DNA of 54,417 nt, from assembly GCA_035540335.1 (NCBI GenBank), contig DATLHE010000195.1, positions 1 to 54,417 of the forward strand, in the 5' to 3' direction. This document shows positions 18,065 to 27,113 of the stretch, one piece after another. Made by a program: the position numbers and the translations under genes. The notes under the pieces are model-generated. The model was not told the origin of the DNA, made no database searches, and worked only from the letters and a program-made list of their open reading frames with translations. This stretch comes from Thermomicrobiales bacterium. Lineage in GTDB: Bacteria > Chloroflexota > Chloroflexia > Thermomicrobiales > UBA6265. Position 1 is the first letter of the stretch; every line of letters starts with the position of its first letter.

Positions 18065-20533
18065 CTACGCCTTCCCGCCGCTCCACGTCCAGTCGCGGAT
18101 CTCGGGCGGATCCTCGAAGTGCTCGACGGCGTAGGTCTCGGCATCGGCAATCAGCGTCTTGAGGCGCGCCATCAGCTCCTGCGCCATGTGCGGGCTCGGG
18201 TGCGCCCGGCGCAGCGCCTCGTAGGCGAGATGGTAGCGACTCATCCCGTTCAGGGAAACCATGTTGAACGGCGTCGTGGTCGTCCCCTGCTCCATGAAGC
18301 CGCGGACGTGGAAGCGCGGCGCGTTCGGGCGACCGTGAATGATGTCGTGGATCGCCCGCTGGTAGCCGTGGAACGCGAAGATCACCTGCTTGTCGCCGGT
18401 GAAGAACTCGGTGAACTTCGTCGTATCCAGCCCATGCGGGTGGTAGCCGGGGTGGAGCAGCGTCATCAGGTCGACGACGTTGACGAAGCGGATCTTCAGC
18501 TCCGGCGCGTTGGCTTGCAGCCAGTCGGAGGCCGCGAGCGCCTCCATTGTCGGCACGTCGCCGGCGCAGGCGAGGACGACGTCGGGCTCCTCGTGGAGCT
18601 TCGTGTTCCCGGCCCACTCCCAAATGCCGGCGCCGGTGGTGCAGTGCGCGATCGCGGCGTCCATCGGCAGGTACTGCAGGTGCGGCTGCTTGTCGACGAC
18701 GATCAGGTTGACGTAGTCCTCGCTGCGCAGGCAGTGGTCGGCGACGGAGAGCAGGGTGTTGACGTCCGGTGGCAGGTAGATGCGGGCGACGGTGCCGCGC
18801 TTGGAAAGCAGGACGTCGATCAGGCCGGGGCCCTGGTGGCTGAAGCCGTTGTGGTCGTTGCGCCAGGCAGTGGAGGTCAGCAGCACGTTGAGCGACGGGA
18901 TCGACCGGCGCCACGGCAGCTCGATCGCCTCCTGCAGCCACTTGGTGTGCTGGACGAGCATCGAGGCGGAGACCATCGCGAACGCCTCGTAGGTGACGAA
19001 CATGCCGTGGCGGCCGGTGAGTGTATAGCCCTCCAGCCAGCCCTGGCAGAGGTGCTCGCTGAGGACCTCCATGACGCGGCCGTCGGGGGCCAGCGACTCG
19101 TCGACCGCGGGCACCATCGGGCCGATGAAGCAGCGGTTCTCGACCTGGAGGACATCCTGCAGACGGTTGGAGGCAAGCTCGTCCGGCGAGAAGAGGCGGA
19201 AGTTCGCCTTCGCCGCGTTCCGGGTGAAGGTGTCGCGCAGCATCGTGCCGAGCGGGCGGGTGTTCTCGATGTACGTGGTGCCGGGCTGCTTGATCTCGAC
19301 GGCGTAGTCGCGGAAGTCGGGCAGCGTCAGATCCCGCCCGCTCGGGCCGCCATTTGCGTGCGGGTTGGCGCCCATGCGGCGGTTGCCCTCGGGCGCGAGC
19401 TCCGCCAGCTCGGGCATGAGGGTGCCGTCGTCGTCGAAGAGATCCTCTGGCCCGTAGCTGCGCAGCCACACCTCGAGCTGCCTGAGGTGCTCGGGGTTCT
19501 GGCGGACGCCGCTCAGCGGCACCTGGTGGGAGCGGAAGGTGCCTTCCACGGGCTTGTCATCGACGACCGCGGGGCCGGTCCAGCCCTTCGGCGTGCGGAG
19601 GACGATCGCGGGCCAGCGGGGGCGCTCGGTGACGCCGTCCGCGCGGGCGTCGGCCTGGATGCCACGGATGCGCTGGTAGCAGACGTCGAGTGTCGCGGCG
19701 AGCTCCTGGTGGACGCGCATCGGGTCGTCGCCCTCGACGAAGAAGACCTCGTAGCCGTGGCCGCTGATGGTGGCGTGGATGTCGTCGTCGCTGCTGCGGC
19801 CGAGGACGGTCGGGTTGGCGATCTTGTAGCCGTTGAGGTGGAGGATCGGGAGCACGGCGCCGTCGCGCGCGGGGTTGAGGAAGGTGGTGCTCTGCCAGGC
19901 GCCGGCGAGCGGGCCGGTCTCCGCCTCGCCATCGCCGACGACGGCGACGGCGATCATGTCGGGGTTGTCGAAGGCGGCGCCGAACGCGTGGGAGAGGACA
20001 TAGCCGAGTTCACCGCCCTCGTGGATGGAGCCGGGGGTGGGAACGCTGACGTGGCTGGGGATGCCGCCCGGGGTGGAGAACTGCCGGAACAGGAGGCGCA
20101 TGCCGGCCTCGTCCTGGGTGATGTCCGGGTAGATCTCGGAGTAGGTGCCTTCGAGGTAGACGTTGGCGACGATCGCCGGGCCGCCGTGGCCGGGGCCGGC
20201 GAGGTAGATGGCGTCGAGGTCATGCTGGCGGATGAGCCGGTTCATGTGCACGTAGATGAGGTTGAGTCCCGGCGAGGTGCCCCAGTGGCCGAGCAGGCGG
20301 GGCTTGATGTGCTCGGGCGTGAGCGGCTCGCGCAGGAGGGGGTTCTCCTGCAGGTAGATCTGACCGATGGTGAGGTAGTTGGCCGCCTGCCAGTAGCGGT
20401 GCATCCGCGCGAGCTCCTGCTCGTCGAGCGGCCGGGTGGCGAGGTCGGGCTTGATCGGCTCGACCGCGGCGTCGGCCGGCACGGCGCTGGAGATGGCGGT
20501 GTCGAACTGGTACATGCGGTGTTCGGTCTTCAT
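18065..20533 (-). CDS. xfp: Xylulose-5-phosphate/fructose-6-phosphate phosphoketolase
   Basis: ORF 18065..21187 trimmed to ATG 20533 (GGGGAG SD), giving 822 aa. '[13 protein letters not shown]', '[10 protein letters not shown]', 'HEGGELGY' are TPP phosphoketolase signatures. Confidence 0.93.
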   Translation of the reverse strand: MKTEHRMYQFDTAISSAVPADAAVEPIKPDLATRPLDEQELARMHRYWQAANYLTIGQIYLQENPLLREPLTPEHIKPRLLGHWGTSPGLNLIYVHMNRLIRQHDLDAIYLAGPGHGGPAIVANVYLEGTYSEIYPDITQDEAGMRLLFRQFSTPGGIPSHVSVPTPGSIHEGGELGYVLSHAFGAAFDNPDMIAVAVVGDGEAETGPLAGAWQSTTFLNPARDGAVLPILHLNGYKIANPTVLGRSSDDDIHATISGHGYEVFFVEGDDPMRVHQELAATLDVCYQRIRGIQADARADGVTERPRWPAIVLRTPKGWTGPAVVDDKPVEGTFRSHQVPLSGVRQNPEHLRQLEVWLRSYGPEDLFDDDGTLMPELAELAPEGNRRMGANPHANGGPSGRDLTLPDFRDYAVEIKQPGTTYIENTRPLGTMLRDTFTRNAAKANFRLFSPDELASNRLQDVLQVENRCFIGPMVPAVDESLAPDGRVMEVLSEHLCQGWLEGYTLTGRHGMFVTYEAFAMVSASMLVQHTKWLQEAIELPWRRSIPSLNVLLTSTAWRNDHNGFSHQGPGLIDVLLSKRGTVARIYLPPDVNTLLSVADHCLRSEDYVNLIVVDKQPHLQYLPMDAAIAHCTTGAGIWEWAGNTKLHEEPDVVLACAGDVPTMEALAASDWLQANAPELKIRFVNVVDLMTLLHPGYHPHGLDTTKFTEFFTGDKQVIFAFHGYQRAIHDIIHGRPNAPRFHVRGFMEQGTTTTPFNMVSLNGMSRYHLAYEALRRAHPSPHMAQELMARLKTLIADAETYAVEHFEDPPEIRDWTWSGGKA

Positions 20534-20660
20534 GGGCAGCTCCCCTGTCACGTTCGCGAACGACGTCCTCGGGTTCCATGCTCGCGTGCCTGCATGATGT
20601 GGACCATAGCCGAACGGGTGGTTTTGCGCGGGATCGTGCCCCGCCGCCACTCGCTCGGAC

Positions 20661-20705
20661 ACAATAAGCGCGCCCGGCCGGGAACGCGTGTCCTTGCCGG
20701 GCGCG
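20661..20705 (-). terminator. Candidate terminator hairpin after the cupin gene
   Basis: 10-bp arms CGCGCCCGGC (20669-20678) and GCCGGGCGCG (20696-20705). On the minus strand it is followed by CTTATTGTG, a weak U-tract. Confidence 0.45.
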
Positions 20706-20715
20706 GTGCAGTGCG

Positions 20716-21105
20716 CTAGAGGTCGCCGCCCTCGTCGGGGATGCGGCTGAGGTGGGCGATGGTGAGGAGGAAGGCGCCGTCCTCGACGCCCTCGACGGCG
20801 TGCTCGACGCCCGGCGCGAGGGAGATGAATTCGCCGGCGTTGAGCGCCTGCGGGTCGCCCTCGACGGAGACGGTCATGGCGCCGCGCACGACGTGGATGG
20901 TGATCGGGCCGGGCGCGGCGTGGTCGTGCATCCGGCCGCCGCTCAGCATCGTGACGAGCACGACGCGCAGCGTGTCGGTCTTGACGAGGATCTCCGCGCG
21001 ATGGCGGGCCCGGCTGTCGGGATCCGGCGGGAACTCGGCGATCACCTCGTCGAGGTTGAAGACGCCGTAGATCTTTTCGTTCTGGCTCTTGCTGAGCTGG
21101 TCCAT
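20716..21105 (-). CDS. Cupin-domain protein
   Basis: 129 aa. '[24 protein letters not shown]...[15 protein letters not shown]' fits the two-motif cupin pattern. Confidence 0.75.
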   Translation of the reverse strand: MDQLSKSQNEKIYGVFNLDEVIAEFPPDPDSRARHRAEILVKTDTLRVVLVTMLSGGRMHDHAAPGPITIHVVRGAMTVSVEGDPQALNAGEFISLAPGVEHAVEGVEDGAFLLTIAHLSRIPDEGGDL

Positions 21106-21252
21106 GCGTTCTCCCCTTGTCGTCGAGTTGACGTCCGCCGGCAGGAACGTGAATTTCGCGACCTGCGGTCGCGGCCGGAGGGCACAAGGCCCTCCCCTAC
21201 CGCCTGCCTGTCCGCTGGAGCCAGGATCGCAACATTCCTGCCGCGTGGGGCG

Positions 21253-22077
21253 CTAGACCGTCTGGAGCGTGGCCCGGCGTTGCGCGCGGGCGGCGTCGCG
21301 CCACTGGATGAGCTCGCGCACGGCGCCGAGGTCGTAGTCTGGCCCGTTGATGCCCATAATCAGATGCGTGATGCCCTTCGCGACGTACTCGTCGGCCTTT
21401 GCCAGCGTCTCAGCGCTGATGCCGCCGGAGCGCTCGATCGCGCGCGGGTCGCGGCCGACCTTGTGGCACCACTCGTCGAGGATGGCGCTCTTGCGGGCCA
21501 TGTCCTCCGGGGTGCCGAAGGCGTGCCAGACGTCGGCGTGCTCGGCGACGAGCCGCAGGGTGACCTTCTCGCCGCTGCCGCCGATGAGGATCGGCAGGTG
21601 GCCGTTGACGGGGCCGGGGACGAGCTTGCCGAGGCGCTCGCGGATCTTCGGCAGGTCGCGCTTGAGCGCCTGGAGACGGCTGGCGGCGGTGCCGAACTCA
21701 TACTCATAGTTGAAGTAATCGCGCTCGAACCAGCCGGAGCCGATGCCGAGGATGAAGCGGCCGCCGGAGATGTGGTCGATGGTCCGCGCCATGTCGGCGA
21801 GGAGGTGCGGGTTGCGGTAGGAGTTGCAGGTGACGAGCGAGCCGATCTGGGCGCGCTCGGTGACCTCGGCCATCGCCGCGAGGAGGGTGTAGGCCTCGAA
21901 GTGGTTGCCGTTGGGGTCGCCCCGCAGCGGGAAGAAGTGGTCCCAGTTGAAGACGACGTCGACGCCGAGCTCATCGGCCTCGATCCACGCCTGGCGCTGC
22001 TGGGCGTAGGTTCCGTGCTGGGGCTGGATCTGGACGCTGATCTTGATCTGGTCGTCGTGCTGTGTCCCGGAGGTCAT
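21253..22077 (-). CDS. LLM-class (luciferase-like), probably F420-dependent, oxidoreductase
   Basis: ORF trimmed to ATG 22077, giving 274 aa. 'NWDHFFPL...[62 protein letters not shown]' is typical of this family. Confidence 0.8.
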   Translation of the reverse strand: MTSGTQHDDQIKISVQIQPQHGTYAQQRQAWIEADELGVDVVFNWDHFFPLRGDPNGNHFEAYTLLAAMAEVTERAQIGSLVTCNSYRNPHLLADMARTIDHISGGRFILGIGSGWFERDYFNYEYEFGTAASRLQALKRDLPKIRERLGKLVPGPVNGHLPILIGGSGEKVTLRLVAEHADVWHAFGTPEDMARKSAILDEWCHKVGRDPRAIERSGGISAETLAKADEYVAKGITHLIMGINGPDYDLGAVRELIQWRDAARAQRRATLQTV

Positions 22078-22108
22078 CGCTCGTGTGTCCCTTTCGTGGA
22101 TGCGGGGC

Positions 22109-23542
22109 TCATCGCTCGTTGCGCGTGCCGTCCGTCGGCTTCGGCGCGGTGGGCTCGCTGTCGGTTTGCTTCGCGCCTGGCATGCCACGCCATGACGACG
22201 GGGCGCCGGCGCCGCGTCGGCGATGCGACCACGGCACCGGCGGCGAGGCCGTCGCGGGCTCTTCGGGGGCGGGCGCTGCTGTGGCGGGTTCGGGATCGGG
22301 AATCTGGGTCGTGGCGAAGACCTCGTCGCTTTCGACCTGCTGACTCCCGACGTCGTCATCCGGCATCCGTGGGTGCGCCGCGTCGCCGTGCTCGCGGCCG
22401 ATGCCGCGGGTGAGCATCCAGCGCCAGCCGGAGATCGGGGCCTCCTCGGACGATTGGCGCAGCCGGCGCTGGTCGAGCCAGTCGGTGATGATGACCTGGG
22501 TGGCGGCGGCGATGGGGATGGCAAGCACCGCGCCGGGGACGCCCATCAGCTGGGTGCCGGCGAGGATGGCGAGGAAGACGGTGAGCGGCGTGAGGCCGAC
22601 CGCGCCGCGCATGACGCGTGGGACGAGGAACCAGTTCTCCAGCGTCTGCATGCCGATGATGACGATGGCGACGATGAGCGCGGTCTGCCACCCCTCGGTG
22701 ATCGCCACGATCACGGCGGGGATGCCGCCGAGCCACGGCCCGACGATCGGGATGATCTCGGTGATGCCGGCCCAGAGGCCGAGCAGCGGCCAGAAGCTGA
22801 GGCCGATGATGCCGTAACTGATGGTGGCGATGGTGCCGATGATGAGGCAGAGGATGAGCTGGCCGCGGATCCAGCCGCCGACCTTGTTCTCGACGTCCTC
22901 CCAGAGCCGGGTGACGCGCGGCTGGTACTTCGGGCTGAGCTGCGAGATGATCACCCGCTTGAGCAGCCGCTTCTCCAGCAGGTAGTAGAAGGTGATGACG
23001 AACAGGCTGAGCGCGGAGACGAGCGTGGTGCCGACGCTGGTGACGATCGGGATGGCGCGCTCGGCGGTGTTCGAGGAGACGGAGCCGCCGGGCGAGTTGA
23101 AGAAGTCGATGCCGGTCTGGAGCAGGTCGGCGCCCGCCCCGCTGAGGAGCGGGTTTGAGCTGGCGGCCCACTCCGCCTGGAGCTCTTCCATCTGGGCCGG
23201 GATCTGCTGGCGGAACTCGTCGCTCTGGTCGCGGATGACCGGGACAATGAGCACGATCAGGAGGGCGATGGCGCCGATGAGCACGGCGTAGACGGTGGCG
23301 ATCGCGGCGGCGCGGGGGAAGTGGCGCTCCTCCAGCCGCTGGACGGGGCCCTCGAGGATGGTGCCGAGGAGCAGTGCGAGCAGCCCGAGGACGAGCACGA
23401 GCCCGGTCTGGGTCAGGATCCAGAACAGGACGAGCACGAGGAACAGCGAGACCGGCGTGAGGCCGGGCACGAACCGCCTCGACTCGTCCGCCGTCACGTC
23501 CTGCTCGCGCTGCCGGTTGGGAACCGGGCTTCCCGAGGCCAT
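22109..23542 (-). CDS. AI-2E family transporter (PerM/UPF0118) with an acidic/Pro-rich C-terminal extension
   Basis: ORF trimmed to ATG 23542 (AGGAG SD). Multi-TM, with '[21 protein letters not shown]' typical of AI-2E. The last ~100 aa are low complexity. Confidence 0.85.
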   Translation of the reverse strand: MASGSPVPNRQREQDVTADESRRFVPGLTPVSLFLVLVLFWILTQTGLVLVLGLLALLLGTILEGPVQRLEERHFPRAAAIATVYAVLIGAIALLIVLIVPVIRDQSDEFRQQIPAQMEELQAEWAASSNPLLSGAGADLLQTGIDFFNSPGGSVSSNTAERAIPIVTSVGTTLVSALSLFVITFYYLLEKRLLKRVIISQLSPKYQPRVTRLWEDVENKVGGWIRGQLILCLIIGTIATISYGIIGLSFWPLLGLWAGITEIIPIVGPWLGGIPAVIVAITEGWQTALIVAIVIIGMQTLENWFLVPRVMRGAVGLTPLTVFLAILAGTQLMGVPGAVLAIPIAAATQVIITDWLDQRRLRQSSEEAPISGWRWMLTRGIGREHGDAAHPRMPDDDVGSQQVESDEVFATTQIPDPEPATAAPAPEEPATASPPVPWSHRRRGAGAPSSWRGMPGAKQTDSEPTAPKPTDGTRNER

Positions 23543-23604
23543 GGATACGTCTCCTGTCGATGCTCGCCGGGTCGTCCGCCGCACGTCTTTCCTTGGTGTA
23601 CACA

Positions 23605-23653
23605 ATAAAACCCGCCGCGGCGATCGGCCAGTTGCGCTTCGCCGCGGCGGGTT
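23605..23653 (-). terminator. Rho-independent terminator downstream of 23700..24086
   Basis: Perfect 14-bp stem AACCCGCCGCGGCG / CGCCGCGGCGGGTT. On the minus strand it is followed by TTTTATTGTG. Confidence 0.65.
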
Positions 23654-23699
23654 GGATTGACGTCAGAAGCGAACGACGATTGCCCCGTGCGCGTTCGGT

Positions 23700-24086
23700 T
23701 CAGGAGTCCGGCGTCGACAGTGGCCGCACCTGCCAGTACTTGGCCTCCAGGGGATCGGTCGGCTTGCGCCGCTCGTCGCCGGAGAGGTCGTTCCAGACGG
23801 TGGAGAAGGAGAAGTGCTCGCGGCCACCGACGACCACGCGGCGGGCGGCGCCGAAGGGCTTGGTGACGGCGAAGATCTCGCGCGGCGGGCGGCTGACGAT
23901 CTCGGTCTGGAACCAGCCATGCTGGGGGCACTCGCCCGCGTGCACCTGCCAGGTGGTCCCGGCAGTGAGACCGCCGATATCGCGGATCATGACCTTGGCC
24001 AGCGATCCATCACAAATGGGGCAACGCATCGGCGTTCGGGTGCGGAGCTTGTCACGGCTCTGCGGGGACGGGGCGAGGCTGTTCAT
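23700..24086 (-). CDS. Hypothetical protein with a putative zinc-ribbon (CPIC...CPQH)
   Basis: 128 aa. 'MRCPICDGSLAKV...HAGECPQHGWF'. GC3-rich. Has its own terminator. No family recognised. The start may instead be the internal Met20. Confidence 0.55.
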   Translation of the reverse strand: MNSLAPSPQSRDKLRTRTPMRCPICDGSLAKVMIRDIGGLTAGTTWQVHAGECPQHGWFQTEIVSRPPREIFAVTKPFGAARRVVVGGREHFSFSTVWNDLSGDERRKPTDPLEAKYWQVRPLSTPDS

Positions 24087-24327
24087 GGCGGAGCTCTTTC
24101 ACTCAGGAACCGGCCCAGGGGCATATCGATCTAGCGGGGAACCCTGACGGATCGCGCCTAGCGTATGGTGGAGTCTATCATCCAGGGACAGTGATGGCAC
24201 CGCCCTAATGGGTGAGGCCGCACGGTACACCTGGCATGGCACGAAATCGGCGAATGTCCCAGCGATAGATTCGCAGAAATGGCATGCTGCGTCAAGGCGG
24301 CCTGCGGGAGTGGAAGGGAAGAGGATC

Positions 24328-24804
24328 ATGCAAACCACACGGGACCAGATTATCGACGCGCTCGTGGCGACCTACCGTGAGCTCAACACGCGGGTGCGTC
24401 CGCTTGAGGAAGCCCAGCTCACGGCCAAGGCAGCGGCCACGCCCTCGGGTTTAGGTGCAGGAGCTGGTGCCTCGGTGCACGACATCGTTGCCCGGATGCG
24501 CAACGACGAGCTGCGCTTCGCGCAGGCACTGAAGGAGCGCATCACCGGCGTGCCGATGCCGGATATCCTTGAGGACGACTCGCCGATCATCGGCACGGAG
24601 TCGGAGGACGACACGACGGCGGTGCTGATCTCCCAGTTCGGCACCGCGCGGGCCACGACGCTGACGATGCTGAAGGGCCTGAGCGACGAGGACTGGAACA
24701 CCACCGTCGACGAGGGCAAGACGATTCACGACCGGGTGCAGGAGCTCGTCTCCAGCGACAAGCGCCAGCTGGAGCGGATCATGCAGCAGGTCGCCGTCAA
24801 GTAG
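24328..24804 (+). CDS. Hypothetical helical protein, possibly DinB-like
   Basis: ORF 24208..24804 trimmed to ATG 24328 (GGGAAGAGGA SD), giving 158 aa. The family assignment is weak; it rests only on the helical pattern 'SVHDIVARMRNDELRFAQAL'. Confidence 0.55.
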   Translation: MQTTRDQIIDALVATYRELNTRVRPLEEAQLTAKAAATPSGLGAGAGASVHDIVARMRNDELRFAQALKERITGVPMPDILEDDSPIIGTESEDDTTAVLISQFGTARATTLTMLKGLSDEDWNTTVDEGKTIHDRVQELVSSDKRQLERIMQQVAVK

Positions 24805-24825
24805 ATCGCCCACCACGGACACGGG

Positions 24826-25494
24826 ATGCAAGGACCATTGCGACCATTCGAATCACTGGACTGGTATCGCGAGGCCCAGCAGGGCCGCGACGAGGAGCAC
24901 CCCTGGCTGAGCCTGGCGCGGAGCTTCGACGCGGTCCGGCTGCACATCAGCGCCTTCGCGCTGGGCAGCGTGCTGCTGCTCGCGATCGACCTGCTGCGGT
25001 CGCCGGAGCATGTGCGGGCGGACACGTGGGTGGCGATCTGGGGACTGCTGGTGATCATGCATGCCGTCGTGGCGGGCATCGTGACGCTGGCGATGCAGCT
25101 GATGGCGGGCGATGAGCTGCGGCCGGCCTCCGAGGTGCGGTGGGATCCGATGCGGACGTGGACGCTGCCGGCGCCGGTCGCGGAGGTTCAGGGACCGCCC
25201 CAGGTAACGGAGGATGCGCCGGCCGCGCCGGAACAGGCGCCCGCGCCGCAGCCGCCCGCGCCGACCGTCTCCGGTTGGCGCGCGCCCGAGCCAGAGGTCG
25301 CCGAGCCGGCGCCCGGGGAGCGAGCGTCGTGGCAGGAGGCGTCGGTGGCGGCGTGGCTTGCGCGGCGGCATCATGGGGGGCAGGATGAGGGCGTGTCCGC
25401 GGCGGATGAGACCGCTCCGCACGCACCGGCATCCGAGGATGGCGCGGACGACCCTTTGTCCGGCCATGAACCGCACACCAGGCAGCCACATTGA
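24826..25494 (+). CDS. 2TM-domain-like membrane protein with a Pro/Ala-rich tail
   Basis: 'LHISAFALGSVLLLAIDLL...WVAIWGLLVIMHAVVAGIV' gives two adjacent TM helices. GC3-rich frame throughout. Confidence 0.55.
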   Translation: MQGPLRPFESLDWYREAQQGRDEEHPWLSLARSFDAVRLHISAFALGSVLLLAIDLLRSPEHVRADTWVAIWGLLVIMHAVVAGIVTLAMQLMAGDELRPASEVRWDPMRTWTLPAPVAEVQGPPQVTEDAPAAPEQAPAPQPPAPTVSGWRAPEPEVAEPAPGERASWQEASVAAWLARRHHGGQDEGVSAADETAPHAPASEDGADDPLSGHEPHTRQPH

Positions 25495-25949
25495 CGACCG
25501 AGACGACCCGAGATTTCACCGTCGCCGTTTTCGTGGTCCACCGGGGCCACGTTTTGCTGCATCGCCATGCCAAGCTCGGTCTCTGGCTGCCGCCCGGCGG
25601 TCACATCGAGCCGAACGAGCTCCCCGATGAGGCGGCGTTGCGCGAGACGCGGGAGGAGGCGGGCATCGACATCGTGCTCGCCGGCGGGCGTGGGCTGGAC
25701 CGCGATCAGCCGGGCGAGCCGCGACAGCTGACGCGGCCGGAGGGCATCCAGCTCGAGCTCATCTCCCCCGGACACGAGCATATCGACCTCATCTACTTCG
25801 CGCGGCCGCTGGCAGCCGGCGACGACCTGCCCCCGGTGCTCCCTGGCATGCGGTGGGTGTCCGACGCGGGGCTGGCCGATCTCGACATCACCGACGAGGT
25901 TGCGGCCTGGACGCGGAAGGCACTGGCGGCGGTTCGCGTCGCCGTATGA
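25491..25949 (+). CDS. NUDIX hydrolase
   Basis: Nudix box 'GGHIEPNELPDEAALRETREEAGI'. TTG start overlaps the upstream TGA (TTGA). Confidence 0.85.
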   Translation: MTTETTRDFTVAVFVVHRGHVLLHRHAKLGLWLPPGGHIEPNELPDEAALRETREEAGIDIVLAGGRGLDRDQPGEPRQLTRPEGIQLELISPGHEHIDLIYFARPLAAGDDLPPVLPGMRWVSDAGLADLDITDEVAAWTRKALAAVRVAV

Positions 25950-26764
25950 CCGTGCCGCCGTGGAGCGCGCGGCGATGGGGCGCGATGCCGGAGCCCGGGT
26001 GGCCGGAGCGGGACTGGGTCGCCGAGTGGATGACGCTCGACGGGGATACCTGGTACGCGCGGCTCGACCCGGAGGGTTGCCCCGGCCTGCCACCGATCGT
26101 GATGGTGCATGGGCTGGTCGTCTCCGGCGCGTATTTCCGGCCGGTGGCGACATACCTGGACCACCGCTACCGCCTCTTCATCCCCGATCTTCCCGGCTTT
26201 GGTCGCTCGTCCGCCGTCCGTGTCTGGTCGCTCCCGGAGCTGGCGGCCGGATTGGCGCGGTGGATGGTGGCACACGAGCTTGGCGCGGCGGTGCTGGTTG
26301 CCAACTCATTGGGATGCCAGATCGCGACGCTGCTGGCGGCGACGCGACCGGAGCTGGTGGCGGGACTGGTGCTCGTCGCGCCGACGATGGACCCATCGGC
26401 GGGTGGTCCGATCGGGATGATGGTGCGCGGGGCGATGGACATCCCGCGCGAGCGGCAGTCGCTGTGGTGGATCTGGATTCCGGACCTGCTGCGCTGCGGG
26501 CCGTGGCGCGGGCTCGTGACGTTGGCGCGCGGCTGGAGGGATGACCAGGAGGGCCGGCTGCCCGATGTGGCCGCGCCGGCGCTGGTCGTCGGCGGGGAGC
26601 GGGACCCGATTGCGCCGCCGCCCTGGATCGAGAGGATGGCGGGGGACATGCCGCGGGCGCGGGCGGTGATCCTGCCGGGGAGCCCGCACGCGATGAACTA
26701 CAGCCGGCCGCGGGAACTGGCGCGGGTGATCGACACGGCGGTGAGCGGGTACGTTGGGGTGTAG
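25946..26764 (+). CDS. Alpha/beta hydrolase
   Basis: ATG 25946 overlaps the Nudix stop (ATGA). 'IVMVHGLVVSGAYF' and nucleophile elbow 'ANSLGC'. Confidence 0.85.
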   Translation: MTVPPWSARRWGAMPEPGWPERDWVAEWMTLDGDTWYARLDPEGCPGLPPIVMVHGLVVSGAYFRPVATYLDHRYRLFIPDLPGFGRSSAVRVWSLPELAAGLARWMVAHELGAAVLVANSLGCQIATLLAATRPELVAGLVLVAPTMDPSAGGPIGMMVRGAMDIPRERQSLWWIWIPDLLRCGPWRGLVTLARGWRDDQEGRLPDVAAPALVVGGERDPIAPPPWIERMAGDMPRARAVILPGSPHAMNYSRPRELARVIDTAVSGYVGV

Positions 26765-26769
26765 TGTGG

Positions 26770-26940
26770 CGTTATTGTCAGGTTGCCAACGCGAATAACC
26801 TGGCCGGTGGCCATCTAGGGTGATGTGGTTGACCTGACGGGCTTTTCCAGGTGGCCAGGTTATTTTCGAAACCTGGCAGCCTAGGCGAGGTTATGGAAGG
26901 CTGCCCAGATGGCCACGTTCCATGTATAGGGGGTGGTTGG
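26770..26940. repeat. Family-C ~180-bp dispersed repeat, copy 2 (inverted relative to copy 1)
   Basis: The reverse complement aligns block by block with 16938-17120, including the exact 26-mer at 26890-26915. Confidence 0.8.
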
Positions 26941-26953
26941 CCATCTTTAACGG

Positions 26954-27020
26954 AGAGGTCGGCCACCGGTCGTAGCTGCGGCCCGCAGGGGGCGCCCGCA
27001 GGGGCAGGGCCGACCGTACG
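26954..27020. repeat. Family-D hairpin (AGAGGTCGGCCACC...GCAGGGGCAGGGCCGACCGTACG)
   Basis: GGTCGGCC/GGCCGACC arms. A shorter copy lies at 54342-54381. Confidence 0.75.
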
Positions 27021-27113
27021 ACGATCAGTCAGGTGTACGTACAATCGTGATAGACTCGGAGATGAGTACCATGGACCGCAGGAGATGGCGGTGATGGTCG
27101 TGGGTGGTTCCTC

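Noticed and set aside
18119-20719. Very long ORFs antisense to or out of frame with real genes. Examples: 18119..20719 (866 aa), 26778..28724, 29037..31676 (879 aa), 43517..45646, 48332..50473, 5466..6854, 417..1907, 914..2272, 20752..22413.
   Set aside because: Their translations are Arg/Ala/Gly/Pro/Asp-dominated low-complexity strings with no motifs. They lie opposite frames that carry clear family signatures and GC-rich third positions. This is the classic high-GC stop-codon-depletion artefact, not evidence of overlapping genes.
18065-21187. N-terminal extensions in the ORF track. Examples: the 1040-aa phosphoketolase ORF, 504-aa GT4, 791-aa GH42-like, 646-aa GT-C, 423-aa LLM, 511-aa binding protein.
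   Set aside because: The extensions are Arg/Pro-rich and lack SD motifs. Internal starts have good SD sequences and give canonical N-termini or signal peptides. One extension would also swallow the neighbouring cupin gene region.
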